Origin: Adineta vaga
Lineage: Eukaryota > Animalia > Rotifera
Assembly (NCBI GenBank): GCA_021613535.1
Contig: CP075492.1
Span: 7,316,001 to 7,380,000, forward strand
DNA length: 64,000 nt
Reading direction: 5' to 3'
Part shown: positions 23,950-37,369 of the stretch, one piece after another
Position numbering within the stretch: the first letter of the stretch is position 1
Layout of the letters: each line of letters opens with the position of its first letter
Notes under the pieces: generated by a model
Told to the model about the DNA's origin: nothing
Databases searched by the model: none
Seen by the model: the letters and a program-made list of their open reading frames with translations, nothing else
Translations under genes and position numbers: made by a program

Positions 23950-26533
23950 CTAATCATCTATACTGTTTTGTCTGGTATAAGAATTCCATTCTCTAATTAA
24001 AATATCAGAAGATTCGTCATGGAGCGTTTCATCGAACGTTGCCTGATACTCTTGCAAACTAGTCCGTAGATTTGGATCATTCAGATCGAAAAACCTCAAT
24101 TGTTTAATTTTCAAATTATTTATATCAATAAATCGAATAGAATCCGTTTTTACTTTGCCAGTGCTAGTGCTGTCTTGCATATCATATATGTAAGCAGCAC
24201 ATACAGTAATAAGTAAACTTAGGTTCGCCATTAATTTAACAAGTCGAGGAAGAATTACCAGACGAATAAGGCTTGATTTTTCCTGAAAAGATTTAAAAAA
24301 TTTTTCTAATTCACTGAACAATATCCATTCATGTATATATCTTTCATAACGCCATAGACAAAGAGAACGATTGTTCATTGCATTTGCCATAGAATCATCA
24401 TATAACAATTTATTCTTTCTCATTGCTGATATAAAACATTGATTTATGTTACGTAGTAGATTTGGAGTATCTTGATAAGGAATACAAAGAACAATCATAA
24501 TATCAGATGCATAAAGCCAGGCTTTCCGTTTTATCAGATAGGATTCGAGTGCGGTAAGTTTTTTCTTCAGAAAAATATTTGGTCTGGTATCATGCTGTAA
24601 TGCCCAGTAGATTGACCATTGTTCATCTTGTGTTTCATAGTTATCCAAGTTTTCTTGGACAATATTCACTGCTACTGTTGTTGTTGTTGTTGTTATTGTG
24701 TGGGGATGGTTTTTCATTCGAGTGTTTCTCATACGTTTCTGCAGATTTTTAATCTGCAATTCTATTTTATTATTCAAACAATGTTCATTTTGAGAATCCA
24801 ATTGAAGACCTTTTTGATAGCATTCCAATGCACGATCCCAATCACAGATCGTTTCATACGTTCGACCAGCAAGCAGAAGACATTCAATCACTTCTTTCGA
24901 ATTTTTGATACAAAACGGTTCCATATAGTCTTCGTATAAGGCAATCCATTTTGTAGGAATATATTGTGAACCCTGAAACTGTTTAAACAAGGTAAGAAAC
25001 GTGGAATAATTCAAATCCAACTGACGACCAGAACGATGGATATTTTTGCGTAGTTCTACGGCTTTTCTTAACCAGTATTTATTGTCTATAAAACAATCAT
25101 AGAATATTAGAAGTATGGGTTCTTCACGTGCTTTGACTGTTCTCCATTGTTTGATCAATTCATTCCACCAATATTGCCAATTGGTTTGTTTAAAATGAAG
25201 TTTATCTATAGCATTGGCCTGCAACATATCTAAAATATCTGTATAATATTTGGGATCTTTTTCTACTTCAACACGATTCATAATATTTAAATAACTAACA
25301 GTATAAATTCCTCCAAGATGCAGGACTAATTCCAATACAATAGACACCCAAGGTCGATCAGACTGAATAGTTGGATCGCCAACAAATTTCACACGAAAAT
25401 TTGCCATTGGAGAGAACAGTACTTCTTGCTCGTCTGGCATCACTGATATGGAAGAAATGTTTGCAAATACTTGAGTATAATGCGATCTTCTCCCTTGTTG
25501 ATCATAACAAGAATCGGTTATAATAATTTCGAATAAACACGGAATACGATCGGGTATTGGAAACATAAAATCTAGTGCAATATTAGGATCAAGTGATGTT
25601 GAACTAAATGTCATTAATTTAATAATAGGATGTCTAGATTTCACAATTGAACGGAGATAAGTTAGTTCATCCAAACTCGGATATTGTTCGCGATATACTG
25701 CACGAATAGATTTTTCTTTCGAATGAGAGTATTTTCGATAAATTTTCAATAATTGAGAATAGATATCATGAATAAACGGACTGAATTTTCTGATCGTTGG
25801 TATATCATGTGTACGTAGAGCATGATTTATAATACGATATAGAAAACCATCACGTGTATATTCACGAATAGCATTTTCCGATTTATACCTTTGTGCAAAT
25901 CGATCGACTGCTCGTACCATACGCGGATTGTTTTTATAATAAGCACGACATTCCGTGAACATTTCTCGATAAGATTGTTTCATGTCATTACATCGATGAC
26001 AAATAACTAGAAGAAATAAATGATACCATTCTGAAGTAGCTGTCGATGCTTTTTGAAAGGATTTTTCACAAAGAGGCCATCGTCCGCTAAGTTCTCTAAT
26101 ATCAATATGAAGACGAATAAGTAAATCGTTTGGACGAGAAGCAATATAACGTATTTGTTCAATTTTTTTCGTCCATACTCGATGTTTATCAACATTCATA
26201 CAATATATATAAACATTTGTCATTCGTCGATCATTAATAAATTCGAGAACATGTTCTTGTCCTGATGTACCAGATATAATCAAAAATATATTTGTATCAT
26301 AGATTAACGTGCGAACGTGTGAAAGATCTGATTCGACATCATTAAATTCCTATATACGATCTTCACTAATAATTGTTAGCAAGAGCATTATACAAAGAAT
26401 GATCATCATTAATGTCTACGATTAATATAGTATAATCATTTAAATTATTCTCTATTTTAAGATTGAATGAATGTAAAGTAGTCACCGAAATCTGACGATC
26501 GACGTCATATGAATTTGTTACTGCTTCTGCCAT
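23950..26533 (-). CDS. ADP-ribosyltransferase (R-S-E clade) plus TPR protein with a disrupted or spliced N-terminus
   Basis: AIREYTRDGFLYRIINHALR, VYREQ, FSSTS, DEQEVLF. TPR LAGRTYETICDWDRALECYQKGLQL. The upstream ATG at 26533 is separated from the main ORF by a frame change and a TAG at 26350-26352. Confidence 0.82.
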
Positions 26534-26899
26534 TGTATGCAATCATCTAGCTGACGGACGATACTAGTTATGATAACAATATTACTGAAGTATCTTGACC
26601 AGCCAAGATCTTTTTATCATTATGACAGAGGATAGAAAAAGAAAAGAATGGAGAACATACACAAGACGATATCACACTATGAAACAGATAACGACTTTAA
26701 ATTTCACGAATACTTTTATTAATCACACTTATATCTATGCAGAATTTAACCGTAGGAAATACATATAAAGTCGACAATCCAATGATTTTCTTTTTTTTCG
26801 ATACTATTCCTCGAAAATGTACCTATTTATTAATCTAATTCTTCATAAACAATTACTTTTGATTTAAATTTACAAATGAAAAGTGAAAATGTTTTTCTT

Positions 26900-29573
26900 T
26901 TAATTCGATATTCGTTGTCGAAGATGAACTGGTTGATGAACAAATTTTCTCCTTCCTTCAGTAAAATCTGCAACAACATCACCATGTCCTTCAACTATCC
27001 ATTTTGTTGTTAATAATCCTTCAATACCAACAGGACCTCGTGCATGTATACGTCCAGTACTAATACCAACTTCAGCACCTATTTATTTTAAAATAAAAAT
27101 TATATAATTATTTTCAACATATTCTTCTATTTCATTACCTAAACCGAATCGATATCCATCGGAAAATCGTGTACTAACATTATGAAAAACACAAGCACTA
27201 TCTACGTTTCCAGTAAAGTTATCCGCTGCTTCTTCTACAACAAATAAACAAAGAAAGAATAATAATCCATATTTTCTTTGTCAACAAAATCACTTACGAT
27301 TTTCAGTAACTATAGAATCGGTATGATTGGAACTAAATTTATTGATATGTTCAATAGCATCATTGACATCATCGACAACTTCAATACAACATTGTAAATC
27401 TCCATATTCCATACGTAAGGAATTTGCTGGTGGTGGTGGAAATGCAAGTATAGCAGAAAGACGTGGACCTGAATACACTTTCACCTTTTCAGTACGAAAT
27501 AGATCAATTAATGATTCAAAAAAAGGTGTTCGAATTAAATCTTTATGTATCAATAATGTTTCCATTGCATTACATGCACTTGGATAATCACATTTTGAAT
27601 CACGTACTGGAAGGAACAGAAAATCGATGAAATAAATATTTCAATAAATGAAATCTCTTACCAATACGTAAAGCCATATCTAAATCAGCATCTTTATCAA
27701 TAAATACATGACAGATACCTTCAGCATGACCAAGAACTGGAATTTGTAAACTTTGTTTTTGTACGGAACGAACAAGTTCATTAGAACCACGTGGAATAAC
27801 CAGATCGATATATTTACCTAATTGAAGAAGATCAGCTACTTGTTCACGTGTATTAATCTAGAACATAGTCGTTGTTCTTATCTTAGAAAAAGAAAACAAT
27901 TCTAATTACTAAAGCAATTGTTTCTCGTGGAACAAATGGTTCTAAAGCATCTTGCATTAATTTTGTAAGAATTTCATTGGAATATTTTGCTTCTGAACCA
28001 CCCTTCAATAGAAGACCATTGCCTGAACAAATAGACAGAGCAGCTATTTGTGGTAAACTATCTGGACGTGATTCGAATATAACAAGAAGAACACCAATAG
28101 GTGTTGTAATTTGTTTTAACATAATACCATCAGCTAACTGTGTTTGTCGAACTACTTGTCCTAAAAAAAGATATTAAAGGAAAGAATTAATGTATATTAA
28201 TTATAGTATAAACTAACCAAGAACATCAGCTTTATCGGCGATTTGTTGAAGACCGATTGCTAAAGTTTTTAATTTCTTTTCCGATAGACCAAGTCGACCT
28301 AACAATGATGCTTTAAGACCTAATATAAAAAAAACTAAAGATGATTAGTCTTGATAGAACTTATTTATATACCTTCTTTGTTAGCTTCTTCTAAATCACG
28401 TTTATTTGCAGATAGAATGTCTTTCGAATGATTGATTAAATTCGAAGCCATTTTATTAATAATCGTTTTTCGTTGTTCGGCTGTTAATCCTTGTAATATT
28501 CGACTTCCATCTCGAGCTAAACAAATTGCAAACATTCTGTCCAGTTCAATAACAAAGCAAAAAAAGTTACCTTTCACAGCTTGAACATCAACTGGTAATG
28601 TTTGTGACGATGTTTTGGTAAAAAATGTTCCAATTCTTTTCCCATCAACAATATTTAATATTGATTTATCCATTTGACCATTACTAATTACAACACCGAC
28701 ATTATGATCCAATGCCCATGATGCACATTTTACTTTCGATTCCATTCCACCTGTTCCAACTTTCGATCTTGCTCCAAATGAAATCAATTGTGAATCTTCT
28801 TTTGGACAAAATGTATGAAATAATCTTGAACCTTCCAAATTTGGTGGACCCGTAAACAATCCATTGACATCACTCATAATTAATAAAAGATCAGCCGAGA
28901 TTAATACAGCTAAACGTGCGGCTAATGAATCATTATCGTTAATAACAATACCATCTTGTGCAGCCGTTACTTCATCATCCGTATCTGTACATGATGCAAC
29001 AGCATCATTTGTATTCAAAATAGGTACAATATTTAAATTAAGTAATTCATTTAATGTTGCTTGAAGATTTTTACGACTATCTGCATTATAAAAATCAGTT
29101 TTGGTTACGAGAACTTGTGCCACGCCAATATTATATTGTTGAAACATACGTTCATATAAAGACATCAAACCTTTTTGTCCAAAAGCAGCACATGCTTGTC
29201 GTTGAATAGCTATACGACTATTATGAAGAATATCTTTTGGTGAAAGTGATTTTCTCATTGTCATTGTCATCATTGCTTCTTTTCGAAGAACTTGTCGACC
29301 AAACGCAACTGCACCACTAGTAACTAATAACATTTGTCGACCTTCATTTTGAAGTTGAGAAACTTGTTCAACAGTCGATGCTAACCGACCCAGTGCAACA
29401 CCATCTTCATTTTCACGTGTAATCAATGCTGTGCCAAGTTTAACAATAATTCGACGTGCATCTTTCATCTCATTTCTATTGGATATATGAACATATTTCG
29501 AATGAATAATTCCATGTTTTTGTTGAAGAATTCGACGCCATGAAAGACAACTATTTCGATATAAAATCGACAT
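26900..29573 (-). CDS. ALDH18A1: Delta-1-pyrroline-5-carboxylate synthase (glutamate 5-kinase + gamma-glutamyl phosphate reductase)
   Basis: [96 protein letters not shown]. Multi-exon. Confidence 0.97.
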
Positions 29574-30149
29574 TATCAAATCTAAATCTAAATGAAGAAA
29601 AGACACATTATTTATTTCTTTTCACATCAAAGATTTATAATCATCTTAGATTATATATTCTTCGATGTTGAAACTAATTAGACAATATTTAAGATGATGC
29701 AAGGATATGTTTGAATGGTTTACATTTATCTTGATATACCATGAAATATTTTAAATAAGACAAAATGATCTTTGACCGTAATCATCTTTTTTTTATCTTA
29801 TATATATATATGTATCCATAGAGAAGAAAGATGAAGTGTTTAGAGATAAGAAAAATAATATCACCATTGACACTATGGTCTATTTATAATGAAGATATGT
29901 ATGTATATTCTTTCGTTTCTTTCAGTATACAAAATACATCAATCTAAGTTTTATTTTATTGACTTGTTTAGGATGAGGGAAAGCACATATGATCTAGATT
30001 AAATATACAAAAGAAAAAGAAAACAATAAAAAAACCGAAAAATGCGACAATGTATGACTGGCACTAAAGGAAGTTGCATATATACGGATATAAATCTTCC
30101 TGAGATTCCAGTTGACTTTCATCATTTATACGAGTATCACAGAGACATA

Positions 30150-32437
30150 TTAAACATCTGTATCTTTCGATGATTTGCTATCAGATTTCTCCTTTTTATT
30201 TGTCTGATGTTGTTGATTCATATAAGCAGCAAGTGGAGGTGGTGGTGGTGGAATGCGTGCTGGCCGATGTCGATAATTCGTATTACCATTTTGATAATTT
30301 GAATTTGTTCCTGGTATACTCGTATTTGTGTCATTATTTGTAATTTCTGTCGTTGGAATATTATTCTGATGACGTTGAGGATTAACAGTTGAATAGAGAC
30401 GATTAGTGTTTTTATAACGTGTCCATAATTGATTGATAATTTCAGTAACAACAAGGTCACTACTATTTAATGAAAGTAGACGTGTCAGAAAAACACCATC
30501 ATCTTTTAAATAATGTAAGACAAATTCACGTGTTTGTTGCCTTTCTTCTTGTGGATTATAGGAGGACACAATACCGAGATGACGTTTTATAAAGCGAACT
30601 TTTTCACCTAAAACAAAAAAGAGACGACCTTGAAATTTTAAGCTTGACAAGTCAAAAAAAGCCATTTTCATTTATTTGTATCGGTGGCTAACACTTTTGA
30701 CATACGCCAGAAGCAATCTGAATGAAGAACTCTCCACAATCAAGTGTCACTTGGCTTTTCTTTTTGTTTTTTTTTTGCAAAAAAGAAAAACGTTTTCCCG
30801 ATATAATGTATCTGATCGATTTTATCGTACATTAATTCTGATTTTCTACTTCAACCATTAAAAGAAAGTCAATAACGTATATTTTTATGATAAAAAAAAG
30901 AAGAGAGACTATTATTTTCAAAACATTTCAGGCCATTCAGCCGAATTGAGAAACTGTCTAGAAAATTAATTTAAACGTCAATAGTTCGAAGTAAAAAAGC
31001 ATTAAGTTATATTGACAAATCTCTTCATAAACGTTCGAATTTAATCAACATCAAAACTAGCGACAAGATCTTATACTTACGTGGTACAGTACACTGATAC
31101 AACCAAAGCAGAAAATCATATAATGTTGCTAAAAAAAGAAAAAGAAATTTGATAAGAAAAAGAACTGATTTACACGTCTCTTCCTACCAGCACTAACTGA
31201 TATAAGCCAAAACCATTGAATTATAAAAATGACTTCATTAAATAAATTGATTCTTAAAACACATTGAACTGTATAGAAATGATTAATACCAATTTCTCGA
31301 ATATTAAAATCACTAAAAATAGAAATGTTTTCGATCGTATATACAATAAAGAAATCTTAATCATTTTATTTTTACCAATAAGTCACTTTAGGGAAATGTT
31401 TATTTTCAGTCCAACGTTGATTTTGAAATAATTTTTTAATGACTTCAAAACCAAAAAGATAATAATCATTACCAAGAAAAGCATTTAATAAAAATAATTG
31501 TGCTAAAGAATTGACAAGCCACATTAATTTGACAAGAAAATAGATAATAACAAGATAATTTCCATAATATCTATTGGAACAAAAGAAACATAAACGTAAA
31601 AATCGACGAAAACGTGGCATTTGTTTTTCAATATGCCGACGTGTTAATTGTGCACGAGCAGACAGATAACGTTCGATATTAATGATTAAATAACTCATAA
31701 TACGATCCCGAGATTCATACTGTTCGACTTGTTCATATTTCTAAATGAAGAAAAAAAGAGACTTTTCAATTGTTTATGGAAAAGAAAGATGTGACATACG
31801 ATAGCTGCATCAACAAGATTTATTACATCAAGACCTGATCGGACATTGAGTGTACGCCAAACAATACGTGGAAAATAGAATAAAAATGCTTGGAAAAGTA
31901 AGATAAATGGTACCCATTGATAGTAAAGCTAAATACAAAGAATAAATAAATGTAAATTTATTTTGTCGTTTTTACAATGTCTTGATCTCGTCGGCCAGGT
32001 TCATTATCAGGTAATTCTTGATCAATTGGAATATCTAACAGAGAAAACAATTCAATTATCCTACTACGTAATGAATATCTTACAATATGTATTAGCAATC
32101 CAACAGTAACTATCAGTATAGGCTTCATACGATGGTTTAAACTGTGCTGGTACCTATTTCAAACAAAAATAAAATATCGTCTATTGAAAACAAGAATGAT
32201 TATACCCAACAATCGATTGGATCACCTATTTAAATACAAGAGAAAAAAAAGGATTGAAAAAATTTCTATTGAACAAATAAATTTACCAGCATATTGTTTA
32301 GTTGTAACGAGAATAGCAAAAACGACACATATTGTTGTTGTATATCGATGACTAAGTCGATCAACATATGAATCATCATCACGAAATTGTCGAAGATGTG
32401 AAACAGAAAGACCGGCGAGTTGCCTGACTAATTCCAT
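30150..32437 (-). CDS. Innexin (gap junction protein)
   Basis: DDDSYVDRLSHRYTT, KQYAGDPIDCWVP, YYQWVPFILL, YGNYLVIIYFLVK, FPKVTYCDF, VQCVLRINLFNE, YLKDDGVFLTRL. Confidence 0.96.
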
Positions 32438-32798
32438 TGATATTGTTCTTTTCTTGATTGCCGATGATGTTCATTGGACATCGTTTTTCTATAAAAGCAC
32501 TCGAAAACTATTTCGATCTAGAAATAGAAAAACAAAAACAAAATCAGGTTTACTTTTTCATTCGCAATTTTATCGTATAATTTTATTAATATTTATCCAA
32601 TTATTTCAATAGGATAATATTTAGATATGAAAAATTTTGTTATTAATAGATATACAATTTAAAGTTAAATAATAGTATTATATCCCGCACTCCATACATT
32701 TCTCATTCGGGCATGCGTCTTCTTCTTCTTCTTCTTTTTTTTGTATAGAAATGAGATTCTTCGTTTCTATATGCGGCATTTCTGTTCCTGTTACAACT

Positions 32799-32881
32799 AT
32801 CATCATCATCATCATCATCATTATTATTACTTGAATATAAGACAGCCCGTCGTCATCAGAAAAAGAGAGAGAGAGAGAGAG
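32799..32881. repeat. (ATC)n and (GA)n microsatellites upstream of innexin
   Basis: Direct reading: atcatcatc... and gagagaga... tracts. Confidence 0.8.
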
Positions 32882-33240
32882 CAAATCGAGTAAAGGAACA
32901 TCCATCCATCTATATACATATACACACGCCACTCCTTCTATCCTATGATTACATAAAAACGACCGCAAACATGAAGAAAATCTTTCAAGCACATTGATGA
33001 GTGAAATACACGCGCATTTATTTTGATAAGAGTAGAAAAAACATACGCACGCATGCACATCGCGATTAATTCAATTCAAATCATTAAAATACTGATAATC
33101 AATCGATAATTTCGGTATTAATCAAAGACATCAGAAAAAAAAACATACATACAATGAAGATCTGGATAACTACAAGCATAAGACAATAATAATATTGGAG
33201 AGACTGTCTAGAACTAATTTCATTATTCCGGGCGACAAGA

Positions 33241-33262
33241 TATATATATATATATATATATA
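33241..33262. repeat. (TA)n microsatellite
   Basis: tatatatata tatatatata ta. Confidence 0.85.
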
Positions 33263-35425
33263 CATACTTGCGGTCGTTGATGATCAAAAAAAAAAAGAAG
33301 ATGATTATGTTTATTTATCATTAGACAGTAGGGAATACAAGTATCGATTCCAATCAATGTGTATATAAAGAGAAAGAGAAAAAGAACTTGTAGTCAAGTA
33401 ACTCATCTAGTTCATGCCGCTCGTGATCATAAAATCACGAAATAGACCATAGAATAACTGCTCTTTTTGAGCACTCTACTGGCTCGTTCTCTTTCAATTA
33501 CTATCGAGAGACTCTCACGCAATCGTAGCTGTCGGTCTGCATATGTTGAAGGCCAACTTGAGAGTTCAACCGCTGAAATACACTGTCATTAAAGATCTTT
33601 ACATACTCACATATGCAATGTTGACAATATAAAGACAACCATATTTTCACAATCAACCATTTGTCTCTTATTATTTCTTTTCCGTTAATGATTGTCGAAC
33701 TGTCAATCAACATAGTCGGTACGTTCTTAAATGAGAGACCACCTACCTGTATTAACCATTTGTCTTTATGTTCTTTTCTGTATCAATCCGAAAAGATTTT
33801 TTTTATCGTTGTATAGACGGAAAGAGAAAGAAAAAAAATTTCATCAATGATTAAGAAAATAATTTGGTAGATAGTATGTAATGGAAAATGTTCTTTTCCT
33901 CTTCGACACTGCCACGATTCATTGACAAGACGAGAGAGAGAGAACAAACGACAAGAGAGCAATGATTTTCTCAAGATATATATCTCTCTTTCTTCTTCTT
34001 CTTCTCCATTAGGCTAGTTAGAGATACACGAGACATTAACATAGCTCGTATGTACAACAGAGAAAAGAACAACATATCAACAACTATCTATTCAAAATGC
34101 CACAATACTACAAGCAAAGAAATGTCTAATATTAATCCTTTTGCTTCTCTTCTCCTCCTTCGACTTGTTCTATTATATATCTCTCCTCCTTTTCGAGCGG
34201 TCACTCATTCACACAAGTTAGCTAGCAGGAAGTTGTTTTAATGCCGGAGGCCACTTATGTACTGTATGTTGGTTACATATGAACAGAAACGATAGTCATG
34301 TTCGTCGTACTGAACTAAAAAGAGAAGAAAGAAGAAGAAATGAACTAGATTTTTCCAATTTCCATGCATGTCTCTCTATTCTTTCACTTCGTTTCGTCCT
34401 CGATTGCCCTTATGTCATGTACAGTAAACGTCCTGTCGAACACGTCCACAGCATTATCGATCCATAGATGTAAGATAGTCGTATGATTTAGTCTTTAAAT
34501 CACATCTGTGAAAAGAAGGAAGAAAAATCCACTACTACTTCTCTTTTTCCTTCTTTTTTTTCAACAAACGACTAGTATATAGTATTAACTTTTGATTTTC
34601 AAGTACTGAAGTGACGAGAAGTATCAGATGGTGCCGAAAAAAGAAAGAAATAAAGTGAATGGAACTATAAAGTAATAATCATGTTGACGATGAAGAGACA
34701 ACGATCACTTGTTAACAATAAAGACTTGATTTTATGTTTAATCATATGTATATACATGCTGTTTCCTTTTCTTTTTTACTTATACAAGTAATCTGAACGA
34801 GTACTTTGAAATTTAATAGCTAATTTTGTAATTGATCGTACTATTTTGATCTTTTGATAGCTATATATTTGGAATTTATATGACGATTTGTCATATCTTC
34901 GTAAGGAAAATACATAGATAAAGAAAAATGAAGAACAATGGAAAGACTACATGCCATTTATCTTACATAAGCAACATGTCCTGCTTATAGACAACAGCAT
35001 GCTGTGTTTATGTATTCCTGTTATTAATTCTTTTGCTTCGTTCTTATCTTAAAGCTCCGTTTCAGAACATTGATGATGATAGATGGTACATCTCAAGCAG
35101 TGATCTGATTTAGTATCAAGTATAACCAAGTGCTTTTGATCATTTCTATACCTTGAAGTCGAAGGATTTCCGTTTCTCTCTCTCTCTCTCTCTCTGTTAA
35201 TCAGAATGATTGAATCGATCTGTGTTTTCAATATCATCTCTATATATCCAATCTTTCTTTACTTACTCGAAAAAAAATGTCATGTTTGAAGATTATCCAT
35301 ATCAACACATTTTCCTCAAAATAACTATTATACAAAAAAAAGACATTACAAGCTCTGATGAGAATAACTGAATGTCAAATATCTCATTAAACTTTGATTC
35401 CTAATGGATTGACTTATTCTTCTGA

Positions 35426-36016
35426 TTAAAAACGAAATGGAACATTTTTACAGCAACAAAATACAAATGGAAAAACGTATTGTAAAATAACTTGAACAAT
35501 GGTAAATTGATAAACATTGCCTTGACAGTAAGTTGGTTGATATGGTTGATTATATTGAACATCAATAAAAACTCGAAAAACCCAAACACTTCCAATAACT
35601 AACCAAATGAAATTAAAGATTTGAAAGATTATAATCATAATTGCTGTACAATGAACATAATAGAATCCGAACATATTTTCATCCTTTTTTAAATTATGTA
35701 CGATACACGCGATTGTACTAAAACAAATAATAATAAGATTAACACTACCAAATACGATTAAGTAGAGCGGAATTCGAGGTTCTATAGGACATGATGATTG
35801 ATTCGATGCACCAATTCCCAAAGTAATTAATGTAAAGATAAGATCAACAGCAATACAAATTATCGAACAAGTAAATGATGTAGCATTGATACCAGTTATT
35901 TTTCGTAGAAGTTCACTGTAATCAGTTGTTTCTATTTGAACAGGTGGTTGAACTTGAACAGTAGGACATGAATTTAAATCAACTGCAATGGAACGGAGAT
36001 CGATCGTATTCGCCAT
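35426..36016 (-). CDS. TMEM272-like four-TM protein
   Basis: IGASNQSSCPIEPRIPLYLIVFG, FNFIWLVIGSVWVF, YCQGNVYQFT and a C-terminal CCC. Intronless. Confidence 0.8.
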   Translation of the reverse strand: MANTIDLRSIAVDLNSCPTVQVQPPVQIETTDYSELLRKITGINATSFTCSIICIAVDLIFTLITLGIGASNQSSCPIEPRIPLYLIVFGSVNLIIICFSTIACIVHNLKKDENMFGFYYVHCTAIMIIIFQIFNFIWLVIGSVWVFRVFIDVQYNQPYQPTYCQGNVYQFTIVQVILQYVFPFVFCCCKNVPFRF

Positions 36017-37369
36017 ACGAATGAATTTTATTTTTTTGCATACGAGAGAAAAAGTTTTCGATAGAATAAATAAAATCAGAAGCTTTTTATTGAGAAAAAT
36101 AGAGTAGGTGTTGAATAAATCTGAAAAATTTCATTGGTTAAAATTTGATTGAATTCATCTGAGAAGAAGATGTATATGTATATATAGACTTTGAATTAAA
36201 AAGGTTTCCTTTTTTTCTAATTCATTTGTAAAGAAAATATATCGACGAGATTTGTATAAAAATGTAAACAACAATATCAATACGATAGAATAGATTTTAA
36301 ATCCGTTTCAAACTACGAATAATTAACAGTTTTGGGGGGATTTTAAGCCATGTTTATGAGAACTCTTGAGAATTATGTACTTATTTTTTTTTCATAATTT
36401 TCTCGAATCAGAATTAGAAGTTTTTTTATGTGTTATTACTATTCATGTATGATCTGCTTTTACTATCAGAGGAAGAAAAAACAGTTTTATTCTACATATT
36501 TAAGTAGATGGTTACATAGAGGATATTGTGACGGTTGACATATGTTTTTTATGTTAATCCTCTTGCCGTCTAGGTGAATAGATACACAATCAGTGATACT
36601 ATCCATAAAATATATGGTATATCAACGATTATTGATGGTTATAACATTCAATAAATTCTTCTGTTGTAACATAGACTTTTAAACTTATGTATTTCTTATC
36701 ATTTCGCATGAAGGCATAATTCAGCACGAAATTATTCGTTTTATACGTGGTCGTCATGTTTTCACTCTTAAAGAACAAGAAAGTTAAATATGAATAATAT
36801 TGCATTTAAAAACTAATTTGATCTACTCAATTTAGATGAAGTTCTACTAGTCTCAAAGATTAATTTGCATGTATTCAGATGTGAGAGTGAAGATCAGATG
36901 AATTATAAAAAGGAAGTAATAAAGTACAATGATCTATTGTATATGTTCTTTTTATCAAGATTTTTATCTCGCCTAATTATGATTTCACGCTATATCTTTA
37001 CATTAGTAGATTTCAAGATACTTGTTAACAAAACATATTCTTGTATAATACATTTAATATTTGAAATTATGAATTTTCTTCAAAATTGTTCATAGACTTC
37101 TATTCGAAAAACATATCCATTTAACGTCTGAATATTTTCTCTTTATTAGAAAACACTTTGTCTATGAAAAAAAATCTTGAAAACATGCGACATCTCTCAA
37201 AATATTCTCATTGGTTTCTAGTAGTCATACATGCATATGATAAATAAATAAATAAGACCAAACGAAGTAGAGTAGAAGTAGTAGCTGTGTGCATATTTTC
37301 TCTGAATGATTTTTCAGATTTAACTTGTCATCTGATTACTTCATTTGAATCAATATCGAATGTGAATGT

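Noticed and set aside
24619-24939. Cys-run ORF (CYCCCCCYC)
   Set aside because: Antisense shadow of the poly-Thr tract in the ART gene.
32678-35237. ORFs with poly-M, poly-E and YIYI runs upstream of innexin
   Set aside because: They are translations of microsatellites in non-coding DNA.
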